Assembly: GCA_964429555.1 (NCBI GenBank)
Contig: CAYSDD010000001.1
Span: 15,627 to 79,626, forward strand
DNA length: 64,000 nucleotides
From: an uncultured Syntrophaceae bacterium
GTDB lineage: Bacteria > Desulfobacterota > Syntrophia > Syntrophales > UBA2192
Reading direction: 5' to 3'
Under the pieces are notes generated by a model. It ran no database searches and was not told where the DNA came from. It worked only from the letters and a program-made list of their open reading frames with translations. How positions within the stretch are numbered: position 1 is the first letter of the stretch; each line of letters opens with the position of its first letter. Shown piece after piece: positions 15,960-25,745 of the stretch. Both the position numbers and the translations under genes were made by a program.

Positions 15960-17390
15960 GTGGAGCCGTTCCTGACCGAGGATTTCCTGCTGCACAGCCC
16001 GACGGCGAAAACCCTGTACCATGAATTCGCCGAGGGGATGCCGATCTTCGATTACCACTGTCACCTCCCGGCGGCCGAGATTGCCGCGGACAGGAGATTC
16101 GAGAACCTCACCGACATCTGGCTGCGCGGCGATCACTACAAGTGGCGCGCCATGAGGGCCAACGGCATCGCCGAGCGCCTGATCACCGGGGACGCGAGCG
16201 ATCCGGACAAGTTCAAGGCCTGGGCCGCCACCGTGCCCCGGACGCTTCGCAACCCGCTCTACCACTGGTCCCACCTGGAACTCAAACGCTACTTCGGGAT
16301 TTCCGGAAAACTGCTGGGCCCCGAAACCGCCGAGGAGATTTACGACACCTGCTCGGATATGCTCCGGACGGACGATTTCAGCGCGCGCCGCATCCTGCAG
16401 CGCATGAACGTGCGCGTGGTGTGCACCACCGATGACCCGGTCGACACGCTGGAACATCACCGGGCCCTCAGGGAGGAAACATCCTTTCCGGTGAGCATTC
16501 TGCCGGCCTTTCGCCCGGACAAGGCCCTGGCCGTAGACTCGCCCGCGTTGTTCAACCGCTGGGTGGCGCGGCTCGAGGAGGCAGCCGACAGGGACATCCC
16601 CGATTACGCGTCTTTCCTGGAGGCCATACGGAAGCGCCACGATTTCTTCCACGAGGCGGGCTGCCGCCTGTCGGACCACGGCATCGAGCATCCCTACGCC
16701 GCGGCCTTCACGGCGAAGGATGCCGCACGGGCGTTCGACAAGGCGAGGCGGGGGAAAAAGCCGACGGCCGGCGAGACCCTGAAATTCAGGTCGGCGCTGC
16801 TGTTCGAACTCGCCTCGATGAACGCGGAAAAGGGCTGGGTCCAGCAGCTGCACATGGGCGCCCTGCGAAACGTCAACAGCCGGGCCCTGAAGGCCCTCGG
16901 TCCCGACACGGGGTACGACACCATCGGCGACTTCGACATGGCCGCCGCCCTCGCCCGGTTCCTGGACCGCCTCGAGAGCGGCGGCAGGCTGGCCAAGACC
17001 GTGCTGTACGCGATGAATCCCCGCGACAACGAGGTGTTTGCGACGGCCATCGGCTGTTTCCAGGACGGGGTCATTCCCGGGAAGATGCAGTTCGGGTCGG
17101 CCTGGTGGTTCAACGACCAGAAGGACGGCATCGAGCGGCAGATCAACGCGCTTTCCAACATGGGGCTGCTGAGCAGGTTCGTGGGCATGCTCACCGATTC
17201 GCGAAGCTTCATGTCCTTTCCGCGGCACGAGTACTTCCGGCGGGTGCTGTGCAACCTGATCGGAAGCGATGTGGAAAACGGGGAGCTGCCCGGCGACATG
17301 GAGCTGCTGGGCGGCATGGTCCAGGACATCTGCTTCCGAAACGCCGCTGCGTACTTCGGCATGGGACTCGAGAGCCGCCGGGGGACATGA
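15960..17390 (+). CDS. uxaC: Glucuronate isomerase
   Basis: (V)EPFLTEDFLLHSPTAKTLYHEFAEGMPIFDYHCHL...WLRGDHYKWRAMRANG is the UxaC signature. The probable start is GTG 15960 (GGAGG upstream), giving about 476 aa. The long 5' extension of ORF 15393.. is an artefact. Confidence 0.9.
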   Translation: MEPFLTEDFLLHSPTAKTLYHEFAEGMPIFDYHCHLPAAEIAADRRFENLTDIWLRGDHYKWRAMRANGIAERLITGDASDPDKFKAWAATVPRTLRNPLYHWSHLELKRYFGISGKLLGPETAEEIYDTCSDMLRTDDFSARRILQRMNVRVVCTTDDPVDTLEHHRALREETSFPVSILPAFRPDKALAVDSPALFNRWVARLEEAADRDIPDYASFLEAIRKRHDFFHEAGCRLSDHGIEHPYAAAFTAKDAARAFDKARRGKKPTAGETLKFRSALLFELASMNAEKGWVQQLHMGALRNVNSRALKALGPDTGYDTIGDFDMAAALARFLDRLESGGRLAKTVLYAMNPRDNEVFATAIGCFQDGVIPGKMQFGSAWWFNDQKDGIERQINALSNMGLLSRFVGMLTDSRSFMSFPRHEYFRRVLCNLIGSDVENGELPGDMELLGGMVQDICFRNAAAYFGMGLESRRGT

Positions 17391-17460
17391 GCGGCCGTTT
17401 CGGAGAAACGCTACGGCTGCGGCAACGGCGGGACGACATGCCGCACGAGGGGGCCGGACG

Positions 17461-18294
17461 GTGGATCTCGAAAAGCTGATCCAGTCATACGATTTCTCCG
17501 GGTGCACCGTGGTCTTGACCGGCGGAACCGGGGTGCTGGGCTCCGAGATGGCCTGCGCGCTCGTGCGAACGGGCGCAAACGTGGCCATCCTGGCGCGCAA
17601 TCCGGCCGGGGCCGGGCCGCTGAAAGAAAAACTGGACAAGGGTCCGGGAAGCGCCATCCTGGTGAAGACGGACATTTTCTCGAGGGACTCCCTCCATGGG
17701 GCCGCAAAGGAGATCCACGGCCGGTTCGGCCGCGTCGATGGCCTGATCAATGCGGCCGGCGGAAACGATCCCGGGGCGACCACGGGCCCTGACAAGCCCT
17801 TCTTCGATCTGCCCGAGGAGGCGCTCAGGCAGGTGGTGGACCTGAACCTGCTGGGGACCGTCCTGCCCTGCCAGGTGTTCGGCCGCCTGATGGCGGATCA
17901 GGGAGAAGGGGTCATCATCAACATCGCGTCCATGGCCGGACTCCGGCCGCTGACCCGCACGGTCGCCTACAGCGCCGCCAAGGCGGCCGTCGGCAATTTC
18001 ACGCAGTGGCTGGCCGTTCACATGGCGCAGGAGTACTCCCCCCGGATCCGGGTCAACGCGATTGCGCCCGGCTTCTTCCACACGCGGCAAAACCACTTCC
18101 TGCTGTACGACGAGAAAACGGGGGGGCTGACCCCCCGCGGCCGGACCATCCTCGACCACACCCCGATGCGCCGGTTCGGCAACCCCGTCGATCTTCTGGG
18201 CACTCTATTCTGGCTGCTTTCCCCGGGGGCGGAATTCGTCACCGGCGCCGTGATCCCCGTCGATGGAGGGTTCTCGGCCTACGGCGGCGTCTGA
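17461..18294 (+). CDS. SDR-family oxidoreductase (candidate fructuronate/mannonate reductase, UxuB-type)
   Basis: VVLTGGTGVLGSEMA (TGxxxGxG), a YSAAKAA catalytic motif and PGFF. The GTG 17461 start is inferred; the gene lies next to uxaC. Confidence 0.85.
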   Translation: MDLEKLIQSYDFSGCTVVLTGGTGVLGSEMACALVRTGANVAILARNPAGAGPLKEKLDKGPGSAILVKTDIFSRDSLHGAAKEIHGRFGRVDGLINAAGGNDPGATTGPDKPFFDLPEEALRQVVDLNLLGTVLPCQVFGRLMADQGEGVIINIASMAGLRPLTRTVAYSAAKAAVGNFTQWLAVHMAQEYSPRIRVNAIAPGFFHTRQNHFLLYDEKTGGLTPRGRTILDHTPMRRFGNPVDLLGTLFWLLSPGAEFVTGAVIPVDGGFSAYGGV

Positions 18295-18459
18295 AAGCGT
18301 CCCCCTGCCCTTTGCGGCCCGTTTGCCGGGTTCGGAGCACCTGTCGAAAACCGCGGCGGATCCCCGATTCGGCCAGGTCTGGCGCGCAGAATTGACAAGC
18401 TCATCGATTCATGATATGCGAAACTACGTTCCGTAATGCGAAACGATGGACCCATCGCC

Positions 18460-19257
18460 ATGGCCCAGCCCAGGAAACCGAGCAATCATGTTCAGACGAT
18501 TGAACGGGTGTCCCTGATCCTCGACATGGTGGGGCAGAATCCCCAGGGGATCAGCTTGGGCGACATTGCGGCCGGCCTGAACCTGCCCAAGGGAACGGTG
18601 CACCGCATCCTCTCTTCCCTCTCGCATTACGGCTTCGTCCGCCAGAACGGCAAGGCCCGGAATTACTTTCTCGGGCTGAAGCTCATGGACCTGGGGACAC
18701 GGCTGGCCGGCCAGCTCGATCTCCGCCGAACGGCCGAGCCGGCACTGCGGGCCCTGGCGGAGAAGACCCGGGAGACCGTTCACCTGGTGCTCCTGGATAA
18801 CGGCGAGATCGTCTACATCGACAAGATCGAAAACCAGCAGGACACGAGCGGCCTGAAAATGGCGTCCAGGCTCGGGGCAAGAAATCCCGCCCACTGCTGC
18901 GCCGTCGGCAAGGCCCTGCTGTCCCATCTGTCGGAAGAGCTTCTCGAGGAATACATCCGCGAGAGGGGACTTCCCCCGCGGACGGCCAACACCATCACCG
19001 ACCCCGATCGCTTCAGGGACCATCTCCGGGCGGTGAGAAGCCAGGGCTACGCCGTCGACGACGAGGAGAACGAAAGGGGGATCCGCTGCGTGGCGGCCGC
19101 CGTTCTCAACGAAAAGGGCATGCCGGCGGCGGCCATCAGCGTGTCGGGGCCGGCCTTCCGCATCACGAAAAAACTCATCCAGGAATCTCTCCGGCACGAC
19201 GTCGTCCGGACGGCGATGGACATATCCCGCCAACTCGGTTATCGGGAGGGCAGATGA
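18460..19257 (+). CDS. IclR-family transcriptional regulator (KdgR-like context)
   Basis: The HTH is TIERVSLILDMVGQNPQGISLGDIAAGLNLPKGTVHRILSSL, followed by a C-terminal IclR effector domain. The alternative start is ATG 18436. Confidence 0.85.
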   Translation: MAQPRKPSNHVQTIERVSLILDMVGQNPQGISLGDIAAGLNLPKGTVHRILSSLSHYGFVRQNGKARNYFLGLKLMDLGTRLAGQLDLRRTAEPALRALAEKTRETVHLVLLDNGEIVYIDKIENQQDTSGLKMASRLGARNPAHCCAVGKALLSHLSEELLEEYIRERGLPPRTANTITDPDRFRDHLRAVRSQGYAVDDEENERGIRCVAAAVLNEKGMPAAAISVSGPAFRITKKLIQESLRHDVVRTAMDISRQLGYREGR

Positions 19258-19724
19258 ACCCGCAGGGCCGCGAGGCGATCGGCGGCATCATTCTTTTCCT
19301 CTTCGGGGGGGCGACCCTCGCCCTGTCCCTGGGGATGCCCATCGGGAACTTCCGCGCCGCCGGAACGGGGCTGTTTCCCATGATCCTGGGGATCCTCCTC
19401 ATGACCCTGTCCGGCCTTTTCCTTGCCGGGCTCGTCGCCGCAAAACGAAAATCCCCGTCGGCTCCGCCCGCAGTGCCGGCGGAGCCCCCCTTCGGGCGGC
19501 AGTGGGCGATGTTTATGGGCGCGACCGTGCTGGCCGTCGCCCTCTTCGGCACGCTGGGCTTTCCCCTGACGGTGTTCCTCCTCATGGCGCTCCTGCTGAG
19601 AAGCCTCGGGATGCGGAAGTGGGGAGGGGTTGCCCTGCTGTCCCTCGCGACGGCCCTCTCGGCCTATGTCCTTTTCGTCAAGATCCTGAAAATCCCTCTG
19701 CCCGCAGGCCTTCCCGGCCTTTGA
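19254..19724 (+). CDS. tctB: Tripartite tricarboxylate transporter TctB-family small membrane subunit
   Basis: 156 aa with four hydrophobic helices. Its ATGA start overlaps the IclR stop, and it directly precedes tctA. Confidence 0.8.
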   Translation: MNPQGREAIGGIILFLFGGATLALSLGMPIGNFRAAGTGLFPMILGILLMTLSGLFLAGLVAAKRKSPSAPPAVPAEPPFGRQWAMFMGATVLAVALFGTLGFPLTVFLLMALLLRSLGMRKWGGVALLSLATALSAYVLFVKILKIPLPAGLPGL

Positions 19725-19734
19725 GGTGCACCCG

Positions 19735-21249
19735 ATGCTCGAGTCCCTCCAGCATCTCTTTGCAGGGTTCGGCGTCGCGACGACGACGGTCAACCTGACC
19801 TATTGCCTGATCGGGGCCATTGTGGGCACGCTCGTGGGCGTCCTTCCCGGTCTGGGCCCCATCGCCGGGATCGCCCTCCTGATCCCCGCCACCTTCGGCC
19901 TCAGTCCCACAACGGCCCTGATCATGCTTGCCGGCATCTACTACGGGGCCATGTACGGGGGCTCCACGACCTCCATTCTCCTCAACGTCCCCGGGGAAAC
20001 GGCCTCCGTCATCACCTGCATCGACGGCTACCGGATGGCCCAGAAAGGCAGAGCGGGTGCGGCTCTGGCCATATGTGCCATCGGCTCCTTCATCGCCGGC
20101 ACCCTCGCGATCTTCGGGATGGTCTTTCTCGCCCCTCCCCTGGCGGAGGCGGCCCTGGCGTTCGGCCCCGCGGAGTACTTCTCCCTGATGGTCTGCGGGT
20201 TCGTCGTCCTGAGCAACGTGACGGGCGGCTCGATCGTCAAGTCCCTGATGATGGCCGTCGTCGGGCTGATCATCGGCACCGTCGGGCTCGACCCCGTCAC
20301 GGGGGATGCCCGCTTCACCTTCGGCACGACGTACCTGCTGGGCGGGATCGAGTTCGTCGCCGTCGCCATCGGGCTCTTCGGCATCGGCGAGATCCTGTCG
20401 AACGTCGGCAAGCCACAGGCTGCGCTGGACCAGTCGGTGACCGTGCCGCGCCTCAAGGAACTGTACCCTTCCCTCCAGGACCTGAAGCAGTCGATCGGCG
20501 CCATTCTCCGGGGGGCCGGCATCGGGTTCGGCGTCGGCCTGGTGCCCGGGCCGGCGCCGGTGATCGCCACCTACGCGTCCTACATGGTGGAGAAGAAGAC
20601 GTCCCGCCATCCCGAGACATTCGGACACGGGGCCGTCGAGGGGGTGGCCGGCCCTGAGGCCGCGAACAACGCCGCGTGCCAGTCGGCCTTCATCCCGCTG
20701 TTCGTGCTGGGCATCCCCTTCGCCCCGCCCACGGCCATCCTCCTGGGGGCCCTCCTGATCCACGGCGTCGTGCCCGGACCGATGATGATCTCGGAGCACC
20801 CGGAAGTCTTCTGGGGCGTCATCGCCAGCATGTACATCGGCAATTTCATCCTCCTGCTGCTGAACCTCCCCTTCGTCCCCCTCTTCGCCAACATCCTCCG
20901 CATCCCCAAGAGGGTTCTGCTGCCCCTCGTCATGGTCTTCTGCATCACGGGGATGTACACCGTGAACAACTCCATCCCCGACATCTGGGTGATGCTGCTC
21001 TTCGGCGTCATCGGGTACACGATGCGCATCGGGGGGTTCGAGGGGGCTCCGCTTCTGCTGGCGCTGGTCCTCGGCCCGAAGCTGGAGGTCGCCTTTCGCC
21101 AGGCGCTTATGATTTCCCACGGGGATTTCGGCGTGTTCCTCAGCCGTCCCATCTCAGCCTTTTTCCTGGCGGCGACCTTCCTCTTCTTGTGCGTCCCCCT
21201 CGTGCGGGCCGCCGCCCGCCGATGGCAGGCACGGGCGAATCCCGCGTGA
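19735..21249 (+). CDS. tctA: Tripartite tricarboxylate transporter TctA-family permease
   Basis: GVLPGLGPIAGIALLIPATFGL...AGIYYGAMYGGSTTSILLNVPGE are TctA hallmarks; about 504 aa. Confidence 0.9.
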   Translation: MLESLQHLFAGFGVATTTVNLTYCLIGAIVGTLVGVLPGLGPIAGIALLIPATFGLSPTTALIMLAGIYYGAMYGGSTTSILLNVPGETASVITCIDGYRMAQKGRAGAALAICAIGSFIAGTLAIFGMVFLAPPLAEAALAFGPAEYFSLMVCGFVVLSNVTGGSIVKSLMMAVVGLIIGTVGLDPVTGDARFTFGTTYLLGGIEFVAVAIGLFGIGEILSNVGKPQAALDQSVTVPRLKELYPSLQDLKQSIGAILRGAGIGFGVGLVPGPAPVIATYASYMVEKKTSRHPETFGHGAVEGVAGPEAANNAACQSAFIPLFVLGIPFAPPTAILLGALLIHGVVPGPMMISEHPEVFWGVIASMYIGNFILLLLNLPFVPLFANILRIPKRVLLPLVMVFCITGMYTVNNSIPDIWVMLLFGVIGYTMRIGGFEGAPLLLALVLGPKLEVAFRQALMISHGDFGVFLSRPISAFFLAATFLFLCVPLVRAAARRWQARANPA

Positions 21250-21330
21250 TCGCCCGCGAGTCTTTGCGATCCGGCCGTTTCGACGAGACAAACCATTCGA
21301 TCCGCAACCGACAGAAAGGAGGGCCAGGTG

Positions 21331-22278
21331 ATGTCAAAGAAAATCGTCCTGTCGTTGGTCATTCTCACCCTGCTTGTGATACCCGCTGCGGCCCCGGCCG
21401 CATTCCCGGAAAAGGAGGTGCAGATCATCGTGCCCTACGCGGCGGGCGGGGCGACGGATCTCATTTTCCGCGCCCTGGCCGAGTCGACGTCGAGGTACCT
21501 GGGCAAGGCGGTGGTCATCGTGAACCGTCCCGGAGGGGGCGGCACGGTGGGGTTCACGGAAGGCGCGCAGGCCAAGCCGGACGGCTACACGCTCACGGCC
21601 GTGATCACGCCGGTCACCATCCTGCCCCACCAGGTGAAGACGGCCTTCACGTACAAGAGCTTCGCGCCGATCATCAACGTCGTCGACGATCCCTCCATGT
21701 TCCTCGTCAAGGCGGACTCCCCCTGGAAGACGACGAAGGAGTTCGTCGACTACGCAAGGAAAAACCCCGGCATGATCACCGTCGGTAACTCCGGCGCGGG
21801 CGGCGGCGTCCACCTCGTGGCCCTGGCGTTCGAAAAGGCGGTCGGGGCCCGGTTCAATCACATCCCCTTCGCCGGCGGGGGGCCGTCCGTCACGGCTCTC
21901 ATGGGGGGTCACATCAACGCCGTCTCCGTCTCGCCCCCCGAAGGGATAGCCCAGGTCAAGGCGGGCAAGCTGAGGATCATCGCGCTCTTCGCCGACGAGC
22001 GCTTCGAGCTGTTCCCCAATGTGCCGACGGTCAAGGAGCAGGGCATCCCCTTCTCCATGGGCATGTGGCGCGGCCTGGCGGCGCCGAAGGGAACCCCGGC
22101 GGACGTCGTCAAGACGCTGCACGACGCCTTCAGGAAAGGCATGGAGGACCCCGCGTTCAAGAAGAACGCCCATGACATGTCCGTGAAACTCTTCTACCTG
22201 GGGCCGCAGGCGTTCGAGAAGCGGATGGCCGAAGACGATCAGTATTTCGCAAAACTGGTGGCCGAAATGAGGAAATGA
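21331..22278 (+). CDS. tctC: Tripartite tricarboxylate transporter substrate-binding protein (TctC/Bug family)
   Basis: A signal peptide is followed by FPEKEVQIIVPYAAGGATDLIFRALA..., the Bug/TctC N-terminal signature. AAGGAGGG lies 7 nt upstream of the ATG. Confidence 0.85.
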   Translation: MSKKIVLSLVILTLLVIPAAAPAAFPEKEVQIIVPYAAGGATDLIFRALAESTSRYLGKAVVIVNRPGGGGTVGFTEGAQAKPDGYTLTAVITPVTILPHQVKTAFTYKSFAPIINVVDDPSMFLVKADSPWKTTKEFVDYARKNPGMITVGNSGAGGGVHLVALAFEKAVGARFNHIPFAGGGPSVTALMGGHINAVSVSPPEGIAQVKAGKLRIIALFADERFELFPNVPTVKEQGIPFSMGMWRGLAAPKGTPADVVKTLHDAFRKGMEDPAFKKNAHDMSVKLFYLGPQAFEKRMAEDDQYFAKLVAEMRK

Positions 22279-22301
22279 GATTGACCGAAAGGAGGGTGTC
22301 C

Positions 22302-23288
22302 ATGAAGAGCGCAAGAGTCGTCGCGTCCAGTTTCACCCTGGTGTTCCTTCTGGTCGTCCTGGCGGGGGCCGGAGCGGCCGATGCGGCGCAGAAAACCGTG
22401 ATCCGCTTCGCCAGCCCGTTCAAGACGGGCCACATCCTCTGCGACGCCGGGGAGAAGTTCAAGCAGATCGTCGAGAAGGAAAGCGCGGGCCGGATCGAGG
22501 TCCAGGTCCAGCCCGGCGCGGGAAGCGAAGAGGAGATCAACGACTGGTGCAGCCAGGGCAAGGTGGAAATGCAGGCCACGGGGGGCCGCCCCCTGGAGGT
22601 CTCTGCGCCCCAGTACTTCTTCTTCAACGCCCCGTACGTCATGAAGGACTTCGATCACTTCATGCGGGTCTGGAACGGACCGTTGGGCAAGAAAGCCAGG
22701 GACCAGGTGGAGAAGAACGGCAAGCAAATCTACGTCGGGATCGTCTACCGGGGCCTGAGGCAGATGACCTCGAAGGTGCCCATCTACACCCCCGCGGACG
22801 TCTACAGGATGAAGCTCAGGCTGCCGACGGTGAAGACCTGGATCGCCGTCTGGAAGGGCCTGGGGGCCGAGCCCGTCCCCATCCCCCTGCCGGATCTGTA
22901 CCGGTCGCTCAAGGAGGGCAAGGCGGACGCCTCCGAGGGCGATCTCACCCAGATCTCCTCCTTCAAGCTCAACGAGGTGCAGACCCACCTCACCCTGACG
23001 AATCACCTTGTTCAGACAGGCGGGATCCTGATCAACAGCGGCTTCTTCAAGAAGCTCCCCAAGAAGGACCAGATGCTGGTCCTCAAGGCGGCAAAGGAGG
23101 CCTCCGACTGGGGCAGCATGAGGATCAAGACGGGTGAGAATGCCACGCTGGTCGAACTCCAGCGAAAGGGCATGCAGGTGGTCATCCCCGATGCCGAGTC
23201 GTTCCGGCAGGCGGCCAAACCCTCCGTCGAGGAGCTGTTCAAGACGGAATGGCCGGTCACGACCTGGGCGGCGGTCCTGGCGCAATAA
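22302..23288 (+). CDS. TRAP-transporter DctP-family solute-binding protein (no DctQ/M partner nearby)
   Basis: The RBS GAAAGGAGGG is followed by a signal peptide MKSARVVASSFTLVFLLVVLAGAGAADA. ...LRLPTVKTWIAVWKGLGAEPVPIPLPDLYRSLKEGKADASEG is DctP-like. Confidence 0.8.
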   Translation: MKSARVVASSFTLVFLLVVLAGAGAADAAQKTVIRFASPFKTGHILCDAGEKFKQIVEKESAGRIEVQVQPGAGSEEEINDWCSQGKVEMQATGGRPLEVSAPQYFFFNAPYVMKDFDHFMRVWNGPLGKKARDQVEKNGKQIYVGIVYRGLRQMTSKVPIYTPADVYRMKLRLPTVKTWIAVWKGLGAEPVPIPLPDLYRSLKEGKADASEGDLTQISSFKLNEVQTHLTLTNHLVQTGGILINSGFFKKLPKKDQMLVLKAAKEASDWGSMRIKTGENATLVELQRKGMQVVIPDAESFRQAAKPSVEELFKTEWPVTTWAAVLAQ

Positions 23289-23302
23289 ACGGGGGCTTGC
23301 CG

Positions 23303-24409
23303 ATGGCAAAAACCGACGAAATCAGGGAAAAGGAAAAACGAGTGCGTGCGTTCCTTCAGGAGAGGGGCCTCGGGGCCCTCCTCCTGAAGCGCCAGGCCAA
23401 TTTTTCGTGGCTGACCGCGGGCGGCCTCAACCTCGTGGGGATAGCCACCGAGGTGGGGGCCGTCTCCCTCCTCGTGACCGGGGATGCGAAATACGCCATC
23501 TCGAACGTCATCGAATCCCCGCGGATGATCGACGAGGAGAAGCTGGAGTCGCAGGGCTTCACCGTCCTGTCGTTCCCGTGGCACGAGGAGAGGGAGGCAT
23601 CGATCGTGAGGGAAAAGGCGGGCGCGGGCGGCCTGGCTTCCGACGTCCCCTTCCCGGGCGCAGCGGTGCTCACCGAGGACATCGCCCGCCTCCGGTATTC
23701 CCTCACGCCCGAGGAGCAGGAGCGATACCGGTGGCTCGGGGAGAAGGTTTCGCTGGCTCTCGAGAAGACGATGATCGAAACGAGGCCGGGGGAGAAGGAG
23801 TCGGAGGTCGTCGGGAGGCTCTGCCATGCGCTGTGGGCGGACCGGATCGACCCGATCACGCTCATGTCCGCGGCCGACGAGCGCGTCTTCCGGTTCCGCC
23901 ACCCCATCCCCACGGAAAAGAAAATCGATCGGTACCTGATGGTATCCGTCAACGCGAGGAAGTGGGGCCTCGTCGTCTCGCTCACCCGCTTCGTCCATTT
24001 CGGGGAATTGCCCCCGGAGCTCCGGCAGAAGTACAGGGACAACGTCTTCATCGACTGCACCTTCATGGCGGCCACCCGCCCGGGGGTCAGAGCCAGCGAG
24101 GTGCTGCAGAAAGGGATCGAGGCCTACCGGGAACGGGGCTACCCCGACGAGTGGAAATTCCACCACCAGGGAGGTTCCATCGGCTACACCGGCAGGGACT
24201 ACCGGGCGAATTTCCAGACGGCGGACACGGTCCGGGAGAACCAGGCCTTCACGTGGAACCCCTCCCTGACGGGGACGAAATCGGAGGACACGATCCTGGC
24301 CACCGCCAGGGGGCCCGAGCCCGTCACGAAACCGGTCCTCTACCCCACGATCAAGGTGGAGGCCGGCGGAATCGCCTTCGTCCGGCCCGACATCCTCGTC
24401 AAGCCGTGA
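23303..24409 (+). CDS. M24 (creatinase/prolidase)-fold protein, probably not a metallopeptidase
   Basis: The N-terminus MAKTDEIREKEKRVRAFLQERGLGALLL has a creatinase_N-like start. In a by-eye alignment of the C-terminal pita-bread domain, Ser replaces both Asp ligands (VSVN..., GLVVSLTRF) and Asn replaces one Glu (FTWNPS). Confidence 0.75.
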   Translation: MAKTDEIREKEKRVRAFLQERGLGALLLKRQANFSWLTAGGLNLVGIATEVGAVSLLVTGDAKYAISNVIESPRMIDEEKLESQGFTVLSFPWHEEREASIVREKAGAGGLASDVPFPGAAVLTEDIARLRYSLTPEEQERYRWLGEKVSLALEKTMIETRPGEKESEVVGRLCHALWADRIDPITLMSAADERVFRFRHPIPTEKKIDRYLMVSVNARKWGLVVSLTRFVHFGELPPELRQKYRDNVFIDCTFMAATRPGVRASEVLQKGIEAYRERGYPDEWKFHHQGGSIGYTGRDYRANFQTADTVRENQAFTWNPSLTGTKSEDTILATARGPEPVTKPVLYPTIKVEAGGIAFVRPDILVKP

Positions 24410-24443
24410 CACGGGAGCGAAGGATGAACGAAAGGAGTGACGC

Positions 24444-25637
24444 ATGGACCGAGTGAGAATCGGGATCATCGGCGCGCAGTTCGCGGCCCGCTTCCACATG
24501 ACCAGCCTCTCGAAGCTGCGGGGCCTCAAGGCCGACGTCGTCGCCGTCGCCTCGAAAACGGGGCAGAGCGCCGCCGCCCTGGCGAAAGCCTGGGACATCC
24601 CCGAGCACACCGGCGATTACCGGCGCCTCCTGGAGAGGCGCGACATCGACGTCATCGACCTGTGCGTCCCCACCGACCTGCACGAGCAGTTCTGCATCGA
24701 GGCGGCCCGGGCCGGCAAGCACATCATCTGCGAGAAGCCGCTGACCGGGTATTTCGGGAAGGACAGGCCGGAGGCGCTCGTGGGCGACTGCGTCGACAGG
24801 GGCACCATGCTCCGGGAGACGCTGGCAGGCTGCGACCGCGTCCGGCAGGCGGTCGAGGAAAACAGGGTGAAGTTCATGTACGCGGAGAACTGGATCTACG
24901 CCCCCCCGCTGGCCAAGCTCAAGAGCCTGATCCGGGTCAGCGGGGGGACCATCCTGGATATCCGGGCCGAGTCGAGCCATTCCGGCTCCCACGCGGTCTA
25001 TGCCAGGACGTGGAAGACCTCCGGCGGCGGGGCCGTGATGCGGCTGGGGGCCCACCCCGTCGGGGGCGTTCTCCATCTGAAGCACTACGAGGGGCAGCTC
25101 AGGCAGGGCAGGCCGATCCGCGTTCGGTCGGTGACGGCCGAGACGGCGAGGCACACCCGGATCGAATCGTTTCTCCGGGAGCCGAGGAAATACCTCGTTT
25201 CGGCCTGGGAGGACGTGGAGGACTGGGGCGTGATGGTCATCACCTTCGAGGACGGATCCTCGGCGACGGTCTTCTCGTCGGACGGCGTCCTCGGGGGCGT
25301 GCGCAACACCCTCAACGTCTACCTGTCAAACGCGGTGGTCAACGTGAACATGAACCCCCACGACGTGCTGGAGGTGTACGCGCCCGCCCCCGACGTCTTC
25401 GCCGACGAGTACATCGCCGAGAAGCTGGAGACCAAGGCGGGCTGGAACTACCCCAGCCCCGACGAGGACTGGGTCCGGGGGTATCCCCAGGAGATGGAGG
25501 ATTTCGTCGACTGCGTCCTTCACGACCGGGAACCGGCCTCGGGGTTCGACCTGGCCCGCGACGTCGTGGAGGTGATCTACGCGGCCTATCTCTCGGCCCA
25601 GGAGGGACGAAGGGTCGATCTGGGCGCGATACGCTGA
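24444..25637 (+). CDS. Gfo/Idh/MocA-family oxidoreductase
   Basis: RIGIIGAQFAARFH... is a Rossmann N-terminus, and IICEKPLTGY is the EKP motif. Confidence 0.85.
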   Translation: MDRVRIGIIGAQFAARFHMTSLSKLRGLKADVVAVASKTGQSAAALAKAWDIPEHTGDYRRLLERRDIDVIDLCVPTDLHEQFCIEAARAGKHIICEKPLTGYFGKDRPEALVGDCVDRGTMLRETLAGCDRVRQAVEENRVKFMYAENWIYAPPLAKLKSLIRVSGGTILDIRAESSHSGSHAVYARTWKTSGGGAVMRLGAHPVGGVLHLKHYEGQLRQGRPIRVRSVTAETARHTRIESFLREPRKYLVSAWEDVEDWGVMVITFEDGSSATVFSSDGVLGGVRNTLNVYLSNAVVNVNMNPHDVLEVYAPAPDVFADEYIAEKLETKAGWNYPSPDEDWVRGYPQEMEDFVDCVLHDREPASGFDLARDVVEVIYAAYLSAQEGRRVDLGAIR

Positions 25638-25745
25638 CCGGGAGGCATCAACCCGCGGAAGCGCCGCGGAACGGGATCCGGGGCGGATCGTGCGAAGCGG
25701 GGGCAGGGAGATCCAGGTATCGTGCCCCTGCGGGAGGCGGCAGTG

